From: Trypanosoma brucei
Taxonomy: Eukaryota
Reading direction: 5' to 3'
NCBI GenBank assembly: GCA_000002445.1
Contig: CM000207.1
Location: forward strand, 1,024,001 to 1,088,000
Length of the DNA: 64,000 bases
Made by a program: the position numbers and the translations under genes. This document shows, one piece after another, positions 31,296 through 44,805 of this stretch; within the stretch, counting starts at the first letter, position 1, and each line of letters begins with the position of its first letter. The notes beneath the pieces are model-generated. The model was not told where the DNA came from. It saw nothing but the letters and a program-made list of their open reading frames with translations, and did no database searches.

Positions 31296-32226
31296 GCCAG
31301 AAAGAAGCGGCAATGGAGGAATAAGAGAATCTGGCACTGCACGCCTCAAGAGACTTAATAAATCTCTGCGCCAGCGGAAAACCTCGTGTAAAGCTTCGTT
31401 CCAGTTGAAAGTGGTTGTGTATACGCGTTAAGGGACAACTACTCGTCCTTTATGGCACGAGCCACTGGACGAGGAGTGATGGAGTTGTGTGGCCGTTTCG
31501 GCTTGTGGGAAAGGGGTGGTGAGCCGCGGCCATACCGAACGCCAGCAACCTTACATGGAGGAAAGGATTAGCCGTCGTACGGATAAAGTACGAAAAAGCA
31601 AAAGAACCCTCGGATACCGTGCATGGCGAAACGGAGCTGTAGAAAGTTTGTTCCGACCATCGGCACTTTTTCCTGTTTCCTAGCCAAAACCTTACACACC
31701 TTTGTGGTAATGTCACGAATGTGTCGTGACAGTATCTTTCACCTTTGCGTTACCTTTTACCATCACATCCTGAAATCGGCAAGATCAATCCCATCCTTTT
31801 AAGGGTTGTATTCATCGTCCTTCGGCAGAGCGTTCTCTACGGGTGTCCAGAAGGCCTCGAGTGCCTTAGACAAAGGGCTTGACCTGTCATTTTTTGCCGC
31901 CGGTTAAGCACGGACGACGTATAAAAAAAGTGGGTGCAATACAAATTCACATCTATAATGTGGGGTACACACTTCACGAAGGCGGCGCATCACCGGTGCC
32001 TGCTAAACGCTCCGATTGGAAGGTAAATTTCATGTTCCCACCCCGGTGGGTTTCGGCACACCCCCTGCGCATGCAAGTGTCTGATTGCTCTTGGGCACCA
32101 TGTTCTTCCAGATTAATTGCCCACTTCCTACCGTTTCTTGTCCCACTACATCTAGATACGCATCCTCTCACCTAGTTGGAGTTTTCTCAGGTTTAAAGCG
32201 TTGTGTTGTTATCGCGCCGCATCGCT

Positions 32227-33228
32227 ATGGATGATGAGACATTCGCGTGTATCGTCCCTCCAGCAGCCACAATTCAGCAGTGCTTTGATCGTCTCCTAAA
32301 CGAGGCGCCACCCTCGTTAGATGACGGCGAGGGAACGGAAGGGAAAACGTGGAGCATGCTGATTGACCGTAGGGAGTTTGTAGAGGATACGCTTCAGTCC
32401 TTCGAGGTCCTGGAAGCACGGCGGAAGGAAACCATGAGAAACGCAAGTGGCCAAGCATACGCAGCTCCTAGCTGTGGCGTAGTGCCCACCGTCGTAGAGC
32501 CGTCAGGAAAAGGCCTCCCGTACGCAGTGTCTTCGTTTTTCGGCGAGGGCAAGTGGGAGCACGTGTGGAGTCAGTTTGAGCGTGACGTAGCGCGAGAGAC
32601 GCTGATCGTCAACGGTGTAGTGTGCAGAGATGCTGAGGCTGCCTTTGAGAAAATTTCAGATCTCATGAACGATGCATATGACGAACTGCTAGCACAGAAC
32701 TCAAATGAAGAGACGAATAGTCCCGCCAGGGTGCCGGGATGGAAAGGACGCGGGATTCTGCGGACCGCAAGGAGTTTTGTGGAGTTAGTGAAGGAAACAG
32801 TGAAGAAGCCTGCCAAGGAGCGAAGGGTAAAAGAATCCGTTCGGCTGGCTGTTTTGGGAGCTCAGCAGACTATCTTGGCACTACCACTGGAACTCCTGAC
32901 CGCACATTTTTCCAAATCTGAAGAGGACGTGGGAAAGGATGATGATTATGTTCCGCAAATGGTGCACATAGGGGAAATGTCATACGACCCGAGGGATGAA
33001 GGCGTAAAGAGGTACAGTGAAAATAGTCCAGGGAGAATGTTCGTGCAAGTAGAACGTCGCAGCCAGGGAAGTAGGTTACCCTTCGTGCGCGTTGACAAAC
33101 AACTTCGTGTTTTCACGACTGACGAAGCGATGGTGCGGCGAGAAAAATTGTATTTACGCATAATTGTTGAAATTAACCTTCTTTCAGATGATCAAGTGGA
33201 GCTAAGCTGGGAGTGGGGTCGCCCGTAA
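32227..33228 (+). CDS. Hypothetical protein (333 aa)
   Basis: Long ORF in the same orientation as its neighbours. The track start is GTG (32203); the first ATG is at 32227. No recognisable domain. Confidence 0.65.
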   Translation: MDDETFACIVPPAATIQQCFDRLLNEAPPSLDDGEGTEGKTWSMLIDRREFVEDTLQSFEVLEARRKETMRNASGQAYAAPSCGVVPTVVEPSGKGLPYAVSSFFGEGKWEHVWSQFERDVARETLIVNGVVCRDAEAAFEKISDLMNDAYDELLAQNSNEETNSPARVPGWKGRGILRTARSFVELVKETVKKPAKERRVKESVRLAVLGAQQTILALPLELLTAHFSKSEEDVGKDDDYVPQMVHIGEMSYDPRDEGVKRYSENSPGRMFVQVERRSQGSRLPFVRVDKQLRVFTTDEAMVRREKLYLRIIVEINLLSDDQVELSWEWGRP

Positions 33229-36200
33229 AGGTAACCATGTTTCTCATACTTTTACTGTTGGTGCTGTTACTTCCATTTCGTCTCGTCGTTGATTCACGGT
33301 CGTGCCCTCGTTGCACCCATTAAAAGGTGTAGCCGTGGTTCGGGGCTGCGCTTTTTGGTCCCATGACACCACACGCAAGTCGCAGCGGACTCAGGAGATA
33401 GAAATGGAGAGGGGTTGCTTTTCGGTCCCGTTTGTGTATCATCCCAATCAACGTCGTGCAATGCTCGCGGAGCATTTTTTTAGTGAGCGCGCTTTGTATG
33501 ACTATTACCAATAACGTGGAGTTTCCACGCATACATCAAATGATTGTCAATGAAAGAAGTGAGGACGACCGTATGGTCCTTAACAAACCCATGGAACCGT
33601 TGCAAATTTTCATCTCTAATATCTCATCCCTCTCTTCCTTCATTTTCTACTTTCTCATTTATCCCTCGATGTTTTTTTGAATATGTGAGACCGGCGCAGA
33701 TTTCAAAGCCCTCCGCTTGGATCTGCCAAGCCGCGAGTTAGGTCTGTTCTCCACATCTGAAAAGAACCGTCTCTTCCTCCCCATTTATAAGTGGCAAAAG
33801 AGTTGAAACTTATTGCAGAGCATCGTAAAGGTCACACGGAAAGAGCACGAAATGCATTCGACAGGGCAGCAGAGCAGCTGAATTGCCTAAATCAACCTTC
33901 AAAGCGTTGTGCAGGCCCCCTGTGGTGCGTGCGGGAGTGTTGTGGTTATCCACTCTGATTCGACACTTGCATGTCGGTTAACTCCCACTTTTTGCACAAC
34001 ATTCCTTTCATCCGAAGGTAGTTGAGAGCATTCTTCTTTTTTTTTTCCTGTCCGCGTTAGGAAAGGGCTGAAGACTTTTATATATCGAATACTCGGACTG
34101 CTCTAAGAAGCACGGTCCCTCAAAGTTTTATTGGTTCTGTAATCGTACAATTTTATCTTACACTTTACCGTTTCGGAAAGGTGAAAGAATCAAAGAGATA
34201 ATGTTAGGGAACCTTATTGAAGGAACCATGAACATCCTGACTTACAGCTCCGATTGCTTTTCCCTCTGGCACAGAACAGAACCCACTCATATATTTAAGA
34301 GTTCTACGCGCAAAGTTTGCTTAGTAGAGCCGATGTGCCTCACATCCCCGTACTAAATAATGAAGGTCGCTCGACCAACTTCAGTTACTTAATATGCCCT
34401 TGTATCACGATGCCTTTGCGGAGGTAGTACCCCTACATCCCTGCCATATGCCTATGACTAGGGCATCAGTCCGCCTGTAGCCCTCAGTTGGCGTTGGGAA
34501 GCGGCCAGGCACGTGAAGCATGTGCTGGTTCCATTTCCGCGGCCCCTGTTGCAGCACATGCGGGAGGCCGGTGGTGTGAAGTCGTTAAAAGCAGCACAAC
34601 AAAGCACTGTTCCATCCGCCAAAAGTAAACCCACCGATGGCTTCTTTAAAAGGGATGCTTTCGTTGTTTTTTTTTTCTTTGGAGGTTGCTGCCGAACTGT
34701 TTTATTGATCGCGGTTGAGGTCATACAGTCCCGGCGTACAATGCTCACCATGTGATTGTCAGTTTGTGAGGGGCCGCGCGCCTGCGGACAAAGCGTGGGT
34801 GGCGAACCGCCATGAGGCAAGGACCTTTGAACCCCGATAGAAGTGAAGGGGGACAGTCGGTGATGGACGTTTCACCGAAGCCCAACCGGCCCCGTTGGTG
34901 GACCTCCGTGAGGCGAAGAGCCCAAAACTGGGGAGTCGGAGTCGGACTGCGACGCCCCCGGGCCCGACGCGCCACCAGGAGCCTCCCGCGCTGTGGATGT
35001 GGTGCAGCAGCTTTTGCCCTTTGGAGAGGTTGAGGGGGGTGTCCGAGGCACCGCTTGGTGTTACTGACGGTGTCATCCTCTTGAACTCTCGTGAGAGGAA
35101 GTGACGGTTGGCTGTGCGGTAAATTCCTTTTAATATTTCAAATGCGCAAAGGGAAAACGCCCCCTCCGGGTGCCGAGTTTGCCTCCAAGCACTGCGGACA
35201 AACCGTTTTTTGGGGGGGAAAGCCGGTGCCATTCGGATTGCAGTTATCCGTCATGAAGGGACGAGGTGTATTTCACTCGAAAGAGCTAAGCGCATCCGAT
35301 CCCTTCGGATTCAGACTGAAGTGTTCGATTCGGCGCTGTTGCTACACCCTGCTTACACCCAATGTCGCCAACGCGCCTCCGCAACCCTGCGGGGTTGTTC
35401 AAATGAACATGTACGGTTGACCCCTGGCCCTTTGGCAAGCGCTGATTGGACCGAAGGTGATGCAAGGGGGAAAGATAACCTAAACGGGGGCAAATCATTC
35501 GCGACACGGTTAGCCAGAAAGCTCGGTATAAATATATTACCTCGGCGATTGACCGGCGAGCGGTCAGCCCACACACACCCAACTGACGTTAGTTGGAGCC
35601 CCAACGGAAAGCGAAACTGCTTCGTTGGCCTCGGTGTGTTGGGAGGCGCGGTCCGTGACATTGTCGAGGTTTTATTCACATTGCGGTACCCTCTTGCTGA
35701 TATGGAAACTCCCAGTTAGAACCGCTGGTCGCCAAGGTTTGTGTGTGCCCTCTGCTGATTATGACGAGTTTACATGGCAAATGTTGCTCCTCATCTTGAA
35801 AGCGCGAACATCCGATGCGCTTTCGGGTCCTAACAGCGCCTCATGGTGGTTCCTGCATCTGCCAGCGCGGATGCTAGGTTATGCAACCCCACAGTCTCCC
35901 ACGAAGCGACGGTTCAGGCGCGCCCGGCGTCCTTACGAGTGGCTTCGCAGCTCCGTCTGGCCTCTGAGTGCTCGTGCCCTTAATATTTGAAACAAGCAGC
36001 ACAACAGCGCCGATCCGTAGCTACGGGAGCCCCTTCCTTCGCACCCCCAGAACGTACACATATTTCCGCGGACGCACACGTGGCCTCCGCGGCTTCAACA
36101 GGGCCTGACGTATCGTTCTTTCAGGGGGCTTCTGGCGCCAGCTCCAGCGTTGGATAACCCAAAGGACGAAAGCTGCCGGTTTGTGTTTCTAAATTTTGGA

Positions 36201-36591
36201 CAAACGAATACGAAACTGCACATTTCGCGACCGGTTTGCTTCTGAACGTTGCCACTGTTTGAAGCAATAGAGTTCCAACCGTATCGTCTCCTTTAAACCT
36301 TTACTTCTTATCTTGATCTGACATTTGTTCTTGAGGTTGTATTTAATGTTGCGATAACTGGCTGCACGTACCTTCCAAAGTGGGCAAGACAGTGCGCCAG
36401 AGGGGGGGCGGTGTGAAGTGCTTTTCGCTGCCATCCACATGCACGTGAAGTGGCAGCAAACACCCCTTTAAACGATAATGCGACCCTGTTGTGTTTTCTT
36501 GTTTTGCTCCTTCTACTCTTTACTTGTTTGTGACATAACCGGAATAGCAAAAGGTTACCACCTCTAAAAAAGTTAAGGCGAGAGCTACGAA

Positions 36592-37470
36592 ATGCACAAG
36601 CAAGGGTTGACATACAAATATGGGAATGAGCCGCGAGTTTTTCCTGAGAGACGGAAAAGGGAGCGGCCGCCGCCTTTCCAACCCCTTGATCCCCAAAGAG
36701 ACCTGGCAGCAACGGCGGAGATTAAATCAGCGGCGCAGACCCTTATGGCAGTGCCCCCCGATTGTTACGGTGCTCAACACAGTTCAGTTAAGCGCCCCGC
36801 GTACGAACACCGCCGCGAGTCATTTAGAAGAAGCGGGCACCGGCGAAGCCAAACAGAAACTGAGCAACTTAGCGTAGAGCAACGCAATTTCACCTCCCGG
36901 CAACAAAATGAAGGATGCAGCACGCAAGATGTAGAGGATGGAGCAGTGAAGACAACGACCCATCAGCCAGAGGTTCCACCGATGGAGGCGAAGCCCCCTG
37001 AACCCAGTCCGCTCCAGGAGCTGTTACGACGAATTATCATATTTGAATTCTCTTCGAAATGCACACAGCGCTCGATCAACGTTGTGCGGACCATTTGTGA
37101 TACACTGTGCAAGAATCCTGCCGGTGTGGTTGAAGCAATGCTAGTCATAGAGGGGTGCTTTGCTGATGCTTTGAAAGAAAGGAACCAGCAAAGACTACTC
37201 CACTATTGGTATATAGTGGACGCCATAATGAAGTTATTCCGGGACAGGCAGCTTATGCTCGAGGCGGTCTTCGTCGCCCTGCCTCATCTTCTTCTTGTGT
37301 ACGTACCCTGGAATAACAGCAAATTGGCCATGGAGCCGTGGTTCAATCGGGAGAAGGACACCGAAAATTATAAAAACTTGTTTAATGTGTGGGAGTCTAT
37401 TGTGCCCGAAAAAATTACAAACGACATCAAGAAACTTTGGCAAGATGGATTCCCTGTGGGAATCCACTGA
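36592..37470 (+). CDS. Hypothetical protein (292 aa) with a C-terminal helical region weakly resembling a CID/ENTH-VHS-type domain
   Basis: ATG at 36592. Basic, low-complexity N-terminal half. The C-terminal half (LQELLRRIIIFEF ... LFNVWESIVPEK) is predicted all-helical. The CID-like assignment is tentative. Confidence 0.65.
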   Translation: MHKQGLTYKYGNEPRVFPERRKRERPPPFQPLDPQRDLAATAEIKSAAQTLMAVPPDCYGAQHSSVKRPAYEHRRESFRRSGHRRSQTETEQLSVEQRNFTSRQQNEGCSTQDVEDGAVKTTTHQPEVPPMEAKPPEPSPLQELLRRIIIFEFSSKCTQRSINVVRTICDTLCKNPAGVVEAMLVIEGCFADALKERNQQRLLHYWYIVDAIMKLFRDRQLMLEAVFVALPHLLLVYVPWNNSKLAMEPWFNREKDTENYKNLFNVWESIVPEKITNDIKKLWQDGFPVGIH

Positions 37471-40400
37471 GGGGGGCACTTCAGTGATTGGACACGAGCG
37501 AACGATGGGTCACGCAGAGTGGAAAAAAGATGGCGCCAGTAGTATAATTACATGACAACGACAAAATGTCGAAAACTTAACCGTTAGGAAGAGACCCCAC
37601 AGGAACGTCCCCGTAGGACGACGTACTGGAAAACTCTGACCGCCTTTTCGCCTACCGCGTTGCTAACCGATACACAGTAAGTAATCGTTTTCCGAAAGAG
37701 AAATAGCATCCTGCCTTTAGGTCATACATCATTTTCAGAGCCCTGGTTTTACCTCGTCAACTCTTGGAGGGCAAACCGTCACGGTTATCAAGCGCAGGTG
37801 AAGACCTATGTGTTCCACGCCTGCAAAAACACAAAAGAAAATGAGAGGTATAAGTGTGCTCAGAATTTAACACGCCCCCGGGGACCGTCGGATGCAACCA
37901 CAGACGACAAAGGGACACACCGAGCTGCAAGGCTCTTCGCGGTTTCCTCAAATTGGGATAGGTCCCTGGGTGCGTCGAAGCTTCCCATCTTCCCTGGATC
38001 GCACCCCTCCCTCCCACACACACCACCCACAGTTCCGCTTTTCAGATGGGAAACCCCCTTACCCCATCTTCCTTCATACCGTGTTCAGCCGTAACGACGT
38101 TTATAATTTAAACAGCAAAGCATATAATTGTACTCGAAGTGTTTCCATTTTTTGACGTTCTCTCAGGACAAGAAAAAATTTAGTGTGCAGCGGCGTGGAA
38201 GCAACAGGGTCTCGCATTGTATCTCGTGCGGCGTGGGAAGAGAAAGCCCGCAGAGGTGGGGATTAGAGACGGCATATAGTGAGTGTTGGCGGATTCGGGA
38301 AGACCGTCTGTCGCTGGTTATCCGAAATGTGTCTGCACATCTAAACACGGCGGTGCAGACGCCTTGTTTTCGTCTTAGTGTTTTGTTTGGCGGGTAACGT
38401 TATCTAGGAGAAGACAGGTTCAAGCTTACTCTGAAAGGCAACACGATAAGTAGGGATCTTCGACTTTTTTGACCCCCGAAAACGATAATACTCTAGGAAG
38501 AGATGAAGAAACGGTAGGATTACATGTGCTTTGGAGATTTTCATCTTTTTTTTAGGGGATCTGACGAGGGGAATGACCAAACTTTGCCCATTTTCATGTG
38601 AAATCCAACAATCCATCATGATTCTTGTCTTCATCTCATGCTTCAGAAGGGCGTCACAAAAAGTATGTCTTTGAAACTAGGAGTAGGTTGAAGGCAATGT
38701 TAACCACAAGACCTCAGCGACCCTTCATGGGTGGACAACTGGTGGCAAGACCCATAAGTTCTCACAGTGTTCGTCAGACGGAGTGATCAGATACCATTTT
38801 CTTTTGACTGGAAACCACACTTTGGTACGTAACTCAATTGTACCGAGGGCACCTTAACTATGGAACAAACAAAACTCATGATGCATCCTGAAGGTGGTAC
38901 CAAAACTAACTTTTGTTCTTTACGATACTTCACGTGCCTTTCACCAAGCCGAAGACTGAGGGCTTCCACAGGGCATTTGACGATGCACGAGTGACCCTTC
39001 GGAATGAATGGCTGAAGTTGGATGAAAGGCAAATCAATTATGCATCAGCAGTGTGTGATGGCCCATGCATATCTGGTCGGAGAAATTTAAAGATCCAACA
39101 AAAAGCATACTTGCAAACATTGGGTTCAAGGGGTCGCATGAATCAGCTTCGGCAGCACATCAACGTACTGGGGCTGCAGATAAAGCAGATGCAAGCTCAA
39201 ACGGATCGGGTGAAGGTGTCGCTTGCCCGGAAGTGGAAACAGGCTGGACCTCTTTCCAGCCGCACAAGGCGTCAGCGATAGGGCCGTATGGAGCATTATA
39301 GCACAACTCGTTATGCACTCGTGCCCAATGGCATGCTCAAACAACGAAACCGATAGCGACCGTTGTGGCGGTGAACACCCCAGGTGACACGAAAGTATTG
39401 GAATCTACACTAAGTGAGTGGAAAGGGTGTACCGCGTTTCCAACGAGCTGAAACCCCCTCCGCGGAAAGGCGCCAACACGTTACCCCGTCATGCGGGTTA
39501 TGAAAGAGATGTTTCCCTCGCTCAACACAAGGAAGACCCCACAAGGGGATTGGAAGGGTCTCTTAGGTAAGGCTATGTCACACTTGAAAACTTCAGAAAA
39601 CGAGGTATCAATAAGCAGTACCGGCCCACGATCCCTATGTTGCGGCATTGGCTTCAGAAGCAATTCACATCACCAAGAGTGTATGGACACAAACGAGTTG
39701 GGAACAAAGTGTTTCCATAATGCGGGGATTTTGCAATTCCTTAACAAAGAATAATCCATAGCCTCGGGAAGAAAATGCTTCTTTGCGTATTGTAAGCTAA
39801 TAATTGGCCAGGGGCGGTGCGGTGTGATATACCAGAACCTTATTGACGTTGCTAGCCACAGTAAAATCATCAGTTCATATGTTTTTAGCCGGCCCTCAAA
39901 GGAAGGCGGCCGCAAGCCACACAAAACGAGTTCACCCCATGGAAAGCTTGGGAATTGGATCTTATCGGCGAGTTGTTAACTCTAGAAAACGATCGGGTGG
40001 ACCAACGACCCGTCTGAGTGACAGTCAGTTGATGGATGGAAATCGCGTTGCCCAAAAAAGAAATTTTCATCCCTCACCCTCGAAAAAAGGGCGCTCTGAT
40101 TGTGGATTGGAGGGCCCAGCCGAAGACGCACAAGCCCAACTCACACATAGAGCGGTATGGTATGTGGTGATCGGGGGAGAAGATGCACAAGGGGTAAAAG
40201 CTGTAATCAAGAGCATGGGGGAGGGGGAACGGCTCTCAGTGCCAACCGTGAGGGAAACGGAAAGCGCTCTCCGACTATGCGGCACGACGGGGCATCCCAT
40301 ACAAGAGGCGCGCTAGCGCATGCAATTGCAGCGGTGATCGAAGGCGGTCTCAACACCCGATTGGCGGTGCAGTTATGGGAAACACGCGAACCCTCTAGAG

Positions 40401-43400
40401 TTGCCATGAAAAAACACAGATCGCCGCATAGGGTCTCGGATAGCCCTAGAAGGCAAGTCCGCTCACCTGACACCATATATGTGGTAGAAGCGGTAAGGAA
40501 AATGGGCAAATTCACCGTGGATAGTTCCGATCAGAGGACATGATAGGGGGCAACTCTTCCAATGGCATTGCACCGAACGACGCACTCACCGTGCACGGGT
40601 GGAAGATAAAGACGACGAACGAAGGCCGCTGGCACAGCATGTGAACGTGGACATTCCATCCTTGAACTGAGTCCTGAGTCGACTAAAATCAAAGGAGCCT
40701 GAAAGGTTTGGGGTGCAGTGTGGAACGTTAGGAAACAACCAAATATCTCGAGGAAAGAGCGAGGAGGAAGGAGGGGCCCTTTGAGGACAACAAATGCGGA
40801 TGCTCAAACAATGAAACAGGCGGGAGTTGCTTAAACTGCATCGAGGTTACCAACCATGGGGTGAGTGGCGCCTTTTGCTATCGCTGGGGAGAAACTGTTG
40901 GGGTCGCGGCGGCGTTTCATAGCCTGGTCAAAATCAAAAAATGAACAGGAAGACTGCGGGACGAGGGTTTCTTTGGGTTACATTTCCCTGTAATTTGGGG
41001 GCAGTTTGTATTAAAATCACTGCCATTTCTTCGTTTGAAGGAGGTTATTTTCCAAGTAACTTTTCCAGAAACGCAGAAATTTCCGTTGTCGCGTCGGAAA
41101 ATAATCCTGTGGATGGCGGCTCACGCGGGGTGAAGGTCTCACCGCCGGACATAGCGAAGGGGACTGTGGGAGGCAGATTAGGGGTGCTTTCAGTACCTCC
41201 TTTTCGCCCGTTTAAAAGCCACTAGCCTCCTTATAATCTAAAGTTAGGATTTTCAATAAGGACCCTCAACAATGCAAATGATGGATATGATGGTCGCAAC
41301 GGAAGTTCGATATGAGTTTTTTTTGTTCCAACACACTCCTTACTTAACAAAGAGGTGGGGTATAGACTATTCTATGGAAATAAGTTAATCGCAGCTAACA
41401 AGGATGTGGCCAGCCCTTCCGCTTCAGCCATCTTGCACCGTTTGGACATGATCATGAAAAGACGGTCGCATGCCCAAAGGCGGGCCAAGGGAGCATCGTG
41501 GTAAAACATGATGTATTCTAAGATATCACCCCCTTGCTTCCCTTTCCGCAACTACTTAGGAAATAGGGCCATTCATCGGATCTTTCATTCGGTGTCGAGT
41601 AGGTTGCCAAATGTTTTCATGCGAAAGCGAAACATTGATCCTTTGTGACTAAAAGCCTCCCCTAATAACCACACCGTAGTATGAAGGTTAGACGGCGGCC
41701 GTTTGACGGTTCTCTGCCGAATGTTTCACGGAATCTCACGTCATATGTGGGAAACTATGTCACTGATTTTGCCTTTAAAAAAAAATGATATGATGGAATA
41801 CTTCTTTATTATTTATTTAATTGCTGCTCAATTTATGTAAACCTTCTCAATCTTTCAATGCATATTTTTCTCGATCCCCCACCATTCCCGTGCTTAGAGG
41901 AAAACGATACTATTTCCCGTGGTAATTTACTTCGTCGTTCCGTGAGCATTTGTTCCCTACCCCAAACAAGCCACTTGTTTCCACATATTTGAACAACAGG
42001 CCCCAATAATCCTTCCAATATTTCCACTGAACTACCGCCCTAACTCTTTTACCTTACACACAATCGGCAACAAAAAAAAACATCTTTCAACGAACTTTTC
42101 TCTGCGTACCAAGAGGTCCGTGGATTGGTGACGGCCCGCCTGCACGGGGCTGCGGGCCCTAAATCATTGCTCAGCCGTTAACGGACCTGCTGCGGGCGAG
42201 ATGGCGCGCTGTTGCCATGGCACTTTCCCTGGACCCACAGCTCGCCAAGCAGGTGGCAGCCACTTGTCCGCTCCCGACCCAGCAAGCCGCTAAACAGTAA
42301 TGTCACGCTGGGGCGGCTGTTATCATCGCGACCTCAGTGCTCTCATTTTTTTTTTCCGCGTCGGTACCCACGCAGGTGGATGAACCCTCCCAGGAGGGTT
42401 TTTACCTGTTGGAAGGGTGAACCTCCTCTGAAATTTTCTTTAAATTTTGCTGTGCGCATACGCTACTACGAAGAAATGCGAAGGAAAGTCAGAAGGGGAA
42501 AGCGGAGGCTGAAGCGTTGAATGGTAAAAAAAAAACATAAAGAGAACAGATATTATTAAAGTGGAAGGTCACAGTTTGAAGTTTGCAATAACAACGAGTG
42601 TCAGCAGCAGCCGGCAGCAGGAATGAAGAAATATTTAGAGAAGTGTTTGTCGTGGGGGGAGAAGGCCGAAGGAGGAAGCGCCTGAGCTTTTTATTGAGTC
42701 TGATACTGTAAATATCAGTGTTCTGCTTTCTTCCCCATCAATTTTTCATTCCTAAACATTGGTTTGCTGGCCTTTTCTCGGTGAAACGAAACTGCGAGGT
42801 GGGCGCTTTTCATTTGTCTTCAAGTTTCCCCCTTACAAAGCTCCTCAACAGTTGGTCTTATTCTGGAACGACCTTACAGTTTAGCCATCTCTATTCCCCA
42901 GCACCCTCTCCCAGTACAACACATGACCCTTTCTTTCCCCCTCTTTCGTCCCGCGCGCATCTCAAATCTACCCTCCGCGTTGTCCAATATATGTGGAAAG
43001 ATGCTCAGTGTCCTGCTGCACGGTTTCTTTTATGTTTCGGACAAGGTTTGCACTAATTTTCCAAAGTTTCCTATCCACGCCCTTTTTGAGGTCCACAGGC
43101 ATCACACATTTTCCCCACTTCTCCTCTAGATCCTCCCCAAGGACCAATGTTTCCCTCCTTCCTGGTACTCTCGAAAACCAACTGACCTCCCTCCATCAGA
43201 CCATTTCAATATTCAAAGCACATCCTCCGATAACTCCCAGCACTGCTGAAAAACACTCCTGAACCACCCAGTCGAAAAATAATCACAATTAAAAACGGCC
43301 CCTTTATCCCCCGAATTTGCTTTATATACAGCGCTTCGAACTCTTTTGTACCGCCTTTCCCATGGCGATGTCAATCATATCCACGTTGCGGCATGGCCCG

Positions 43401-44253
43401 CCACTCCGCTCAGGTGATGAAAGGCAAGCACCCGCATCTTATTCCGTTGGAGTGGATCGCGGCGGAAGGGCTTCAGCACCACACCAAAGCTTAGACTATG
43501 ACAAATGCGCTACACAGCAGGCGCCATCATAGGAGGGTCCCTGGGCACGTTCTGACTTCCCGCAAACGGTGCCATCCGCAGGAAAATGCTGGGCAGTGCA
43601 GACGTCAATTAGAATCCCGGGTGCTTTTTTTTTCGGTATAAATTGGAACGTTGCTGCGCTCTTAAACGAAGTGAGCAGCACCCGTCACCGCGTTGCCTTC
43701 AGCCGCGATGCAAAGAGAGATATACCTATTCCGATCCCTGAAGATATCCTTCTGGAGGTGAACTTCTCGAAGGGTTCATTACACGATCATTTCCATTTTG
43801 CGGTATGTCCCATACAAATACTCGAACTAACACAAGCCTCCGCTTTTCCCCTCGTCGAAAAGGAGGGTACGCCAGAGAAAAACTTGACGATCTCCTTCAG
43901 GATGGTCCACGAGTATTTGGTGACGATCCCAACTTTCATTCTCTTGTGCCATAGATGTCTCCCCCTATGCGGTGGAAGTGGCTTCACAGCTCGACTAAAC
44001 GCAGAAAATAAAAACACCGCCGGAAAGACCCACGAAACTGTGTGTTAAGACTTGGGCCAGGGGCGCTGGTCCCACATACGGTGTAATTTCTTGAAAAGAC
44101 TGTTTTGTTGCGAAAAGGAGCCCTCAACCCACGGCGTAAAGCTGCCGTTCGATCATATTCTTCCACGGCCACGTCGGGTCGGACGAGCCGCTATTTTCAC
44201 TGCAAATATCCTTACAAGCATCGCATCAGCGGAAATACCATAACTTGTGGGAA

Positions 44254-44805
44254 CTAGAACTCGCCACGCAGGGGAAAACTGAGACGATTAAGGAAGAGGG
44301 ACATATCCACAGTCACGACGACGCGCTTGCAATCATAGTTTGCGAGGCGCCGATCGCCGCAGTCTGGCAGGTAGAACAATATCCATAAACCTTTCCCCAT
44401 GGACAAAGAGGTGGCTGAAATGGAAAATAAGATTAATAACACCACGGAAAACACTGAACGGAATCGTCCTGTAACGCAGGGTCGACCGCATTTATTACCG
44501 TGCTCGATTCCCAACGTTGTCGAAACAAGTTCTTCAAAATGAGCATATCTGACAAGAAAAGCCTGAAACGTCAGCAGGCGAGTTGTAGCCTGCTCAGTGG
44601 AAACCTCGGCATGAGGATCGCACTGCACGAGAGAAGAATAGGAGCATTTTCCTTGTAACTTCGACCACTTCTGGAGGGTCAAATTCTGATCTGTCCTGCT
44701 TCCCGAGCGGCACTCACCATCACAAGGATGATAGAAGAATTTTGTGAGAGCACCTGACAACTGATTGACCAGTGAAAGTACCAGAAGTAATTTAAAAAAC
44801 GTCAT
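44254..44805 (-). CDS. Candidate minus-strand gene: 183-aa protein with an N-terminal signal peptide, 8 Cys and an internal hydrophobic segment
   Basis: The only sizable minus-strand ORF not overlapping a + strand gene. Starts MTFFKLLLVLSLVNQLSGA. On the minus strand, about 75 nt upstream of the ATG, there is a T11 tract followed by AG dinucleotides (seen on the + strand as 'gcaaaaaaaaaaacg' at ~44863-44877). Confidence 0.4.
   Translation of the reverse strand: MTFFKLLLVLSLVNQLSGALTKFFYHPCDGECRSGSRTDQNLTLQKWSKLQGKCSYSSLVQCDPHAEVSTEQATTRLLTFQAFLVRYAHFEELVSTTLGIEHGNKCGRPCVTGRFRSVFSVVLLILFSISATSLSMGKGLWILFYLPDCGDRRLANYDCKRVVVTVDMSLFLNRLSFPLRGEF

Noticed and set aside
35320-35345. tRNA-like T-loop motif GTTCGATTC
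   Set aside because: No complementary acceptor/T stems or A-box at the expected spacing. Isolated 9-mer match.
38913-39281. 122-aa + strand ORF in the gene desert with a somewhat protein-like sequence
   Set aside because: No polyY/AG signal upstream, no domain, and surrounded by stop-rich frames. Possibly a decayed gene fragment; not callable.
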